This document shows, piece by piece, positions 57,954-64,000 of a stretch of DNA of 64,000 bases; positions within the stretch are counted from its first letter, which is position 1; each line of letters opens with the position of its first letter. The notes under the pieces were generated by a model. It was not told the origin of the DNA, did not search any database, and worked only from the letters and a program-made list of their open reading frames with translations. A program made the position numbers and the translations under genes. The DNA comes from Armatimonadota bacterium (GTDB lineage Bacteria; Armatimonadota; UBA5829; DSUL01), in assembly GCA_039811685.1 (NCBI GenBank), contig JBDHZC010000001.1, positions 832,001 through 896,000 of the forward strand, read 5' to 3'.

Positions 57954-58313
57954 CTACTTGGTGACTACAAGGTCTCCCACCACTGTCCCGTTGACGATAT
58001 GCTCGGCGACAATGCGACGCGCCTTGTCCGCGCTCACATGCCCGTACGTTACAGGTTCCTGTCCTTTGCGCGTCACCTCGACCAGCGGCTCCTGCTCACA
58101 CAACCCCTTGCAGCCGGTCTGCGTGACAGTCACATCCGAAATTCCGCGCTTTCCGAGCTCATCCAGCAATGCGCTCATCGTCTCGCGTGCGCCAGCGGCG
58201 ATTCCACAGGTTCCCATCGCCACTGTGACCTTCGTGGCATGTCCACTCTCGCGGACACTCATAGCCTTGAGGGCCTCTTCGCGAACTCGTTTCAGATCAT
58301 CCAGCGTTTTCAT
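57954..58313 (-). CDS. Thioredoxin-like [2Fe-2S] ferredoxin subunit (HndB-like)
   Basis: MKTLDDL..VAMGTCGIAAGAR..QTGCKGLCEQEPLV..EHIVNG. Confidence 0.88.
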   Translation of the reverse strand: MKTLDDLKRVREEALKAMSVRESGHATKVTVAMGTCGIAAGARETMSALLDELGKRGISDVTVTQTGCKGLCEQEPLVEVTRKGQEPVTYGHVSADKARRIVAEHIVNGTVVGDLVVTK

Positions 58314-58355
58314 TGTCTCTTTGGCCTCGATTTCGTAAGTGAGCCTGCTTGCGGC

Positions 58356-58907
58356 TCACTCCAAGCAGCAAACACTCCCGATGCCTTCGTCCAGGTAGCC
58401 CTGCATCCAGCGAACGACATCCGGATTTGACAAAGACATTCCTTCCAGCGCCTCTTTCATCTCGGACGAGTCGAAAGTGAAAGCGTGCCCGCCCGCCGCG
58501 GTCACTGTCAGAACAACACGCACATCGGGATTGGCCGCGGCCAGATTGGCGACCGTATCCCTGAGGGCGCCCATCGGAGCTCGGTCGATACTGCGCAACC
58601 CGAATGTCGCGCACACACGCGTGCCAGAATCCAGCGCGCTGTGAATTGTCAGGTCTCCTCCGGTTCTCTCGCACGCCGCCGCGAGCAGCGGCAGCCCAAG
58701 TCCCACCTTGCGCTCCGTGCGCGACGTCACGAAAGGGTCCTCAACACACTTCAGCAGCTCCGGGGCTATTCCACGTCCGTTGTCGCTCACCTCAACGGTC
58801 AGCCGGTCGGCGCTCTCGTCAAGAGCGACTACAATCTCTATCTCGGAGGCACCCGCCCGCAGAGCATTCTCGGCGATATCAAGAATGTGCAGTGAGATTT
58901 CTCGCAT
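58356..58907 (-). CDS. HATPase_c (histidine-kinase-like ATPase) protein of hydrogenase operons
   Basis: MREISLHILDIAENALRAGA, DNGRG, DPFVTSRTERKVGLGL, IDRAPMG. Confidence 0.85.
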   Translation of the reverse strand: MREISLHILDIAENALRAGASEIEIVVALDESADRLTVEVSDNGRGIAPELLKCVEDPFVTSRTERKVGLGLPLLAAACERTGGDLTIHSALDSGTRVCATFGLRSIDRAPMGALRDTVANLAAANPDVRVVLTVTAAGGHAFTFDSSEMKEALEGMSLSNPDVVRWMQGYLDEGIGSVCCLE

Positions 58908-58910
58908 CTT

Positions 58911-59423
58911 TCAGCCCCGCTTTGCCGCCGCGGGCTCCTCCTGCATATAAGGCTTGAGCATTTTGTCGATCTTCGCGGAGGTCATTCCCGCGTGACAGTC
59001 TTCGCCAGTCACAATGACTGGAGCCAGGCTGCACGCTCCAACGCAGCGCACACTCTCCAGCGTAAACTGACGATCCGGCGTCGTCTCTCCTGCCTTGATC
59101 TTCAACTTGCGCTCCAGAGCGTCGAGAAGCTGCTGCGACCCGCGCACGTAACACGCCGTGCCCATGCACACCTGAATCTTTGTCTTGCCCGGAGGAACCA
59201 GACGGAAGAAACTGTAAAAACTGGCCACTCCATAGATGTCCGCCACCGGCACTCCCAACGAGCGCGCAATGGTGATGATCGCGGACTTTGGCAACCACCC
59301 CAGGCTGGCCTGGACCTCGTCCAGGATCGGGATCAGCGGTCCGGGACGGTTCTTGTGCGCCTCGACAATGTCAAGGATCTGCTGTTCGGCTGCTTCTTCA
59401 GTTGCGTGGCACTCACAAGCCAT
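58911..59423 (-). CDS. hydC: NuoE/HydC (HndA-like) [2Fe-2S] subunit
   Basis: GVASFYSFF, CMGTACYVRG...CVGACSLAP. Confidence 0.92.
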   Translation of the reverse strand: MACECHATEEAAEQQILDIVEAHKNRPGPLIPILDEVQASLGWLPKSAIITIARSLGVPVADIYGVASFYSFFRLVPPGKTKIQVCMGTACYVRGSQQLLDALERKLKIKAGETTPDRQFTLESVRCVGACSLAPVIVTGEDCHAGMTSAKIDKMLKPYMQEEPAAAKRG

Positions 59424-59425
59424 TT

Positions 59426-60190
59426 CTAACAAAGCTCCTCCAAGCTGCGGCCCAGACGGCCGTCAAATGCTAACTCCAGCTCCCCAACACTCCGGCTCTC
59501 AACCCAGACAAAACTGCGCGACTGCCCTATCTCCTCCAGCCTGTGAGCGTCTGAAGACCGTATGCACTTCAGAGTCTCAAGCTGAGAAAACGTTGTTCGC
59601 AGCTTTGCGAGCGTTTGCGCATCGCTTCCCGGCGGCAGGAAGACCTCAACGGCTGGCACATCCAGCCCCTCTGGCATCAACCCCAGGACACCCAGGAGTC
59701 CCGCATGCGTCTTGTTCACATGCGCTGGAAGCGGCAGACCATCCGCCTCGCGGATGCGTTGGACGAGTTCCTCAACGCTGGCGTCCGCGCTCGCGGCCAG
59801 CATCCGATCGTTGAATCTGATGAACTCACCAGACGCATCCACAACCATCTGCGCTCCAAAAAACTCCGGCCGATTCGGCTCTGCCGGCAACCTGCTCCAG
59901 ATGAAATCCTGAAGCTGCAGAGCGTTCTCGGCTCTGTCAAAAATCCCCAATACGTGCACACCCTCGCGGCTTTCGCACTCTATCCCGGCCAGCACTTTCA
60001 CTGTGCTACCGCAGGCGGCTGTTATACAAGCCCCGGCATTTTCGGCCGCGTTGTGATCGCAGACAGCGATCATGTCCAGGCCCGATCTCTGAGCCTGCAA
60101 GATGATCAACTCCGGGATCATCTCAACCTCAGCACACGGCGACAGCACGGTATGGATATGCAGATCCATACTGCAACGCCGCAGTGCCAT
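59426..60190 (-). CDS. PHP-domain phosphoesterase
   Basis: DLHIHTVLSPC, AVCDHN, EGVH, PAHV, SSDAH. Confidence 0.88.
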   Translation of the reverse strand: MALRRCSMDLHIHTVLSPCAEVEMIPELIILQAQRSGLDMIAVCDHNAAENAGACITAACGSTVKVLAGIECESREGVHVLGIFDRAENALQLQDFIWSRLPAEPNRPEFFGAQMVVDASGEFIRFNDRMLAASADASVEELVQRIREADGLPLPAHVNKTHAGLLGVLGLMPEGLDVPAVEVFLPPGSDAQTLAKLRTTFSQLETLKCIRSSDAHRLEEIGQSRSFVWVESRSVGELELAFDGRLGRSLEELC

Positions 60191-60191
60191 C

Positions 60192-60557
60192 TCAAGCTGC
60201 TCGCCTCAAACCCAGCTCCCAGAGCTTGCCGCACACCTCATAAGCGCTGAGCGGTGTCCTGAACAGAACGACTCCTTCGCCCTTGGCTCTCGCGGCCACC
60301 GCAGGCGCGACTTCGCGACTCTGGCAGATGATTACGGCCGACAGCTCTTTCAGTGCGGCCACAGCGACCACATTGAGATGGCTCTGCACGGTGACCCATA
60401 TCTCACCTGAATGAGCCTGCCCCATCACGTCACTCAGCAGGTCTGAGACGTAAACGCCGGTGGCGCGCGTTATGCCGGCGTCTGTGCCGCTGACGTTCTC
60501 TAAGGAAAGCGTCTGCGCAATCTCTTCGAGCAGTCCTTCTGTAATGTATTGTACCAT
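60192..60557 (-). CDS. Small DRTGG-domain protein
   Basis: YVSDLLSDVMG..IWVTVQSHLNVVAVA..AYEVCGKL. Confidence 0.85.
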   Translation of the reverse strand: MVQYITEGLLEEIAQTLSLENVSGTDAGITRATGVYVSDLLSDVMGQAHSGEIWVTVQSHLNVVAVAALKELSAVIICQSREVAPAVAARAKGEGVVLFRTPLSAYEVCGKLWELGLRRAA

Positions 60558-60620
60558 TTTTCACAAATCCTGCGAGCGTTCCGGCGTGAATTTGTTTGTT
60601 CAGACAGCCATTTTCTGTTG

Positions 60621-62021
60621 TCAGCTTCGAGGCGCTGGTTCCTCCTCAACGCGAAGAACGCCGTCAGCCCAGGAGGCTATATCCACCTGCTGATGATTCA
60701 TGGCGGGTGGAAGCTTCGAACTCAGCTCCACCAGCTCCTCAGCGAGGTCCTGCACGCGCTTTCTCAGCACAAAAACGCAGTCCGTCTCTCTAGCTTCGTT
60801 GCGGACAATGTCTTCCGCCAGCGCCTGGCACGTCGGAGCGCCGCACGAGCCGCAGTCCAACCCTGGCAGCGTTTCCAGAACTCGCTCCAGACGCTCCACC
60901 CGGCGAATGGCCTCCTCCATGTCATCCGCCAGAGCGGTGATCGAGCGCGGGCTGATCGGTTCGTCATGCCGGAAAATTGAGTCATCCAACGCCTCAACAA
61001 GCTCTTCCAGACCTGGAGCATCTTCTGGTCCCGGGCGCTCAGACAACATTCTGATTCTGCGGCGAGCGATGAAAGGATTCTCGACGGTGAGAACGCCTCC
61101 GACACACCCGCCCGTGCAGGCCAGCGCCTCAACGTAGTCCACCTGTGAAAGTTTTCCGCGCTCAATATCTTCAAAGATGTCTATCACGTTGTGCACGCCA
61201 TCCACACTTATCTGTCGCCCCAGAGCAACGGCCTGATTCTCACCGCCCGCCCTCGCCCATCCGATACCGGAACCGGAAGAGCGCACTCTCGCTTGCGGCT
61301 GCCCGGCAGCTTTGCGATCGCGCATCGCCCTGGACAGCGGACCATACACCTCACAGATCGGAATAGCGCCGTCCACGGCGGACGTCCTGTATCCAACAGG
61401 CTCAGCAACTGCTGATACCTTCCCGGGGCACGGGCTGATAAAAAACAGCCCGACCTCCTCAGGGCTTACTCCAAATCGTCTGGCCGCTTCCGGTCTGGCC
61501 AGTCTGGCCGCTATCCTCAAGGGTGAACACACCGGGACAATGTGGTCCACCAGATTCGGAAAGCGAACCTGAATCAGCCGTATCACCGCCGGGCACGCTG
61601 AGGATATCATCGGCCGGATCACACCAGGCTTCTGAAGCTCGCGCCGCACGAGAACAGATACAAGATCAGCTCCGAAAGCGACTTCGAACACATCGTCGAA
61701 ACCCAGATCAATCAGCCCTTGCAGAACCTGCTCCGGCTTGATCTGATCGTCAAACTGTCCGTAGAGCGCCGGCGCTGGCAGGGCTACAGTGACCCTGTAA
61801 TCTCGCAGCCTCTCCAGCGAATCCGCAATGGCGGTCTTGGCGTGATTCGGACAAACCCGGATGCACTCACCGCAGTCAATGCAGCGCACGTCCAGAATCT
61901 CCGCCTTTCCGCGGCGAACACGAATAGCCTCAGTCGGGCAGTGCTTAATGCAATTTACGCATCCCCGACACTTCTCTTCTATGAGCCTTACGGCGTGAAA
62001 AACGCTGTTTTCATGCTCCAT
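60621..62021 (-). CDS. [FeFe]-hydrogenase-like Fe-S protein of the sensory/group D type
   Basis: N-terminal 2x[4Fe-4S]; variant H-cluster motifs ISSACPA, ISPCPGKVS, EALACTGGCVGG; C-terminal LPGLDCGSCGAPTC..C Fe-S domain. Confidence 0.85.
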   Translation of the reverse strand: MEHENSVFHAVRLIEEKCRGCVNCIKHCPTEAIRVRRGKAEILDVRCIDCGECIRVCPNHAKTAIADSLERLRDYRVTVALPAPALYGQFDDQIKPEQVLQGLIDLGFDDVFEVAFGADLVSVLVRRELQKPGVIRPMISSACPAVIRLIQVRFPNLVDHIVPVCSPLRIAARLARPEAARRFGVSPEEVGLFFISPCPGKVSAVAEPVGYRTSAVDGAIPICEVYGPLSRAMRDRKAAGQPQARVRSSGSGIGWARAGGENQAVALGRQISVDGVHNVIDIFEDIERGKLSQVDYVEALACTGGCVGGVLTVENPFIARRRIRMLSERPGPEDAPGLEELVEALDDSIFRHDEPISPRSITALADDMEEAIRRVERLERVLETLPGLDCGSCGAPTCQALAEDIVRNEARETDCVFVLRKRVQDLAEELVELSSKLPPAMNHQQVDIASWADGVLRVEEEPAPRS

Positions 62022-62040
62022 CGCATTGTCCGCTGACCCT

Positions 62041-62481
62041 TCACCCGTTGGTCCGGAACTGCATCTTCACTGTCGTCCCCTGCCCAACGACACTGTCGAT
62101 AGAAAGATCATCCGCGCAGCGCGCCATATTTGACAGCCCCATGCCAGCGCCAAAGCCCATCTCGCGAACTTCTTCACTGGCCGTTGAGTAGCCCGGCTGC
62201 ATGGCCAGATCGAGATCAACAATACCGGGACCAACGTCAGAAACAGTAATCTGAATTGCGCATCTGTCCGCGCTCAGATCTATCCGGCCGCTCTGTGCGT
62301 GAATCACGACGTTCATCTCCGCCTCGTACGTCGCCACGCTTGTGCGCCGGATTGTCTCCACGGGGGCGCCTATCTGCTGCAAAATGCGCCGGATCTTGCT
62401 GGACACCTCACCCGCGCGTGAAAAATCCTGTCCCGCAATCTCAAAGCTTTGGACAAGCTGTTCCAGAGGCTCTATTGTCAT
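62041..62481 (-). CDS. RsbT/RsbW-like Ser/Thr kinase (anti-sigma regulatory factor family)
   Basis: DFSRAGEVSS, YEAEMNVVIHA, DVGPGI, GYSTAS..REMGFGAGMGLSNM; ATG at 62481 in a TGATG overlap. Confidence 0.88.
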   Translation of the reverse strand: MTIEPLEQLVQSFEIAGQDFSRAGEVSSKIRRILQQIGAPVETIRRTSVATYEAEMNVVIHAQSGRIDLSADRCAIQITVSDVGPGIVDLDLAMQPGYSTASEEVREMGFGAGMGLSNMARCADDLSIDSVVGQGTTVKMQFRTNG

Positions 62482-62921
62482 CACAGAGACCCTCGAGAGT
62501 TTCCCGTAGTTCTTTGAACCGACCGCCTGCCATCCTGAGCGGCCACACTGAGCCAGTGGTCGTTCGGATCCCGGCGGTCGAGCAGTCCGGGCAGACCGGC
62601 CTGGTAGAGCAGGCCACATGCTTCATAGAGAGGAAATGGCGAGCTGAACAGCGGAAGACCCATCTCATCGGCCAGCTTGACGGTGACGGCGTCTGGCCAC
62701 TTGTTGCGGACAAATACGATAGCCTTCAGATCCACCATCTCGGCCGTGCGCACAACCTGAGGCGTACAAAGACCCGTGAGCAGCACGCTTTCGGGCTTGG
62801 TAAGAGCGAGAACGTCGCTCATGAGGTCGCTGGCGCCAGCGTTCTCAATGTGCTGATCCAGGTTGGCCACGGACGAAACGGACGTCGCTGTGAGTAGTTT
62901 GACTATATCTGCTAAAAGCAT
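62481..62921 (-). CDS. Small DRTGG-domain protein, first gene of the hydrogenase operon
   Basis: ASDLMSDVL..LLTGL..QVVRTAEM..IVFVR.K..EACGLLY..GL. Confidence 0.85.
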   Translation of the reverse strand: MLLADIVKLLTATSVSSVANLDQHIENAGASDLMSDVLALTKPESVLLTGLCTPQVVRTAEMVDLKAIVFVRNKWPDAVTVKLADEMGLPLFSSPFPLYEACGLLYQAGLPGLLDRRDPNDHWLSVAAQDGRRSVQRTTGNSRGSL

Positions 62922-63014
62922 GTGCCTGATCCTGGCCCCGCGGCGGGCCAATCCGAGATTGGCTGGCACCCCATTGTGACGGCTGAGCAAGACGCCGACT
63001 CTGGAAACTCGAGT

Positions 63015-63032
63015 TCGTGAAATTAATCACGA
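63015..63032. promoter_or_regulatory. Rex-like operator upstream of the hydrogenase operon
   Basis: TCGTGAA-ATTA-ATCACGA versus the Rex consensus TTGTGAA-N4-TTCACAA; AT-rich centre. Confidence 0.65.
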
Positions 63033-63039
63033 CATGACT

Positions 63040-63068
63040 ATTTTAGGCTTTGTTCGTGAACTTGAAAA
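63040..63068 (-). promoter_or_regulatory. Putative sigma70 promoter of the hydrogenase operon
   Basis: Minus strand TTTTCA-N17-TAAAAT, immediately upstream of the Rex-like box. Confidence 0.45.
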
Positions 63069-63378
63069 TAGTCCAAAAGTCCTGTAGCGCCATGATTCCA
63101 GTCACCCATTACGCGGGTCCGCACCCTTCGATTCTGAGATGTTGGTAACTCACTCTGCCTGCACCGGACACACAGTCGTGTTGCACAGGCACACACAAAT
63201 GTGAACGGCTATACATGGAGCGCAAAACAAGATAGAATAGGCGAGCGTCCTATGTGCGCGGGGAGGACAGGAAGTTCAGACCCTGTGCGCACCGCTTGTA
63301 AGGCTGCACTCGATGCTGAAGCTCAGTTGAGGGTGCGAAAGTGTAAACAGGACACAGGACAAGGAGGTTATCACGACA

Positions 63379-64000
63379 ATGAGCGCGTTTTCCCGCTCCC
63401 TCACAACCGCCGTCATCATCGGCTCTCTTTGCGCTAGCGCGGCTCCAGGCGCGGTCAAGGCAAAGCCCAAAGCGCCCGTCAAGCCCACTGCCAGGAAGAC
63501 CACTCCTGCCAAAGCGGCTGTTCAGGCTCCAGCAGCTTACGGGCCTGCCATAGACATCGCAAGTGAGCCTCTGCGCGATGAGATTGCGCACGCCGTTGAG
63601 CGCCTGCAACTGTTCACGACAGCTTCAGGGAAGTTTGCGCCGTCATCGGCAGTGAAGCCAGCAGAGTTGTCGAGCATTCTCGCCAAAGCCGCTGCCAAAT
63701 ACCCTCAGGTATTTCGCACCCCACCAGCTCTCAAGGGCACAACTCTCACGCGTGAGACGGCGGTCAGCGCGGTGGCGCAGTCATTGGTAAAGTGGGATAG
63801 CCGCCAGGCCATTCTGCTGGAGACGAATGCCGTTAAAGACCCGCTGCGCTACTTCTTCGAGGACAATGGATTCAAGGATGGAAAGTCTGTGACGAAGAGC
63901 GCTCGCGAGGCTTACGCAGTTCTGATTTATGACGGGGTCATTCCGGATACAAAGGAACTGCTGCCGCTGAAGCCCTGTACGCGCGCGTACGCCGCAGCTC
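63379..64000 (+). CDS. Exported S-layer homology (SLH) domain protein, partial (runs off window end)
   Basis: Not in ORF track. AAGGAGG RBS; MSAFSRSLTTAVIIGSLCASAAP signal-like start, Lys/Pro/Ala linker, SLH-like motifs FAPSSAVKPAE, LTRETAV and FKD..LIYDGVI..LPLKPCTRAYAA; open to the window end. Confidence 0.7.
   Translation, partial: MSAFSRSLTTAVIIGSLCASAAPGAVKAKPKAPVKPTARKTTPAKAAVQAPAAYGPAIDIASEPLRDEIAHAVERLQLFTTASGKFAPSSAVKPAELSSILAKAAAKYPQVFRTPPALKGTTLTRETAVSAVAQSLVKWDSRQAILLETNAVKDPLRYFFEDNGFKDGKSVTKSAREAYAVLIYDGVIPDTKELLPLKPCTRAYAAA

Noticed and set aside
60549..60566. Second Rex-like site TTGTGAAAAATGGTACAA (minus strand)
   Set aside because: Only one good half-site, and it overlaps a start codon inside the operon; may be chance.
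46513..62921. Selenocysteine read-through or frameshifts in the hydrogenase locus
   Set aside because: All genes are full-length open frames; the short HydB2 ends in a TAA that overlaps hydA, leaving no room for a missing domain.
63036..63073. Invertible (phase-variable) promoter
   Set aside because: Only 20 bp between the 9-bp repeats and no recombinase in the window.
1..64000. tRNA, rRNA, CRISPR arrays, IS elements or prophage
   Set aside because: None recognised by eye: no repeat-spacer arrays and no transposase or integrase ORFs. tRNAscan/Infernal would be needed to exclude small RNAs.

Overview
A gene-dense, GC-rich bacterial chromosome segment, mostly on the minus strand. I found no rRNA, tRNA, CRISPR array or mobile element. 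Gene order is Firmicutes/Terrabacteria-like and gene content points to a fermentative, H2-metabolising anaerobe; the lineage cannot be fixed from this window. Main blocks: (1) a TIGR03960/TIGR03936 radical SAM pair. (2) An uncharacterised six-gene membrane system at 2.1-11.9 kb: a 1591-aa protein fusing a degenerate M28-peptidase-like ectodomain to a MacB/FtsX permease, an OPT-like polytopic protein, an internally duplicated hypothetical, a PqqD/RRE-like protein, a minimal FtsX permease and a LolD/MacB-type ATPase. This is the best candidate for an undescribed system. (3) AmpG-like MFS, HAD and GH130 genes, an amidohydrolase, a GT2-like protein and corA. (4) degT-alr-pabB-pabC. (5) hrcA, a thermosome-like (group III) chaperonin and grpE, with a CIRCE-like box overlapping the promoter and no dnaK. 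(6) The recG-coaD-pta-ackA-yceD-rpmF-plsX-fabHDG-acpP-fabF-aminotransferase-rnc housekeeping run. (7) ECF sigma, zinc anti-sigma and degP. (8) A 16-gene [FeFe]-hydrogenase locus under a Rex-like operator. It has a DRTGG/kinase/PHP regulatory module, a sensory-type hydrogenase-like Fe-S protein, two different HydC/HydB (NuoE/NuoF) pairs for one HydA, and hydG-hydE-aspA-hydF. (9) The start of an SLH-domain protein. All calls come from motif and gene-order recognition by eye; no searches were run.
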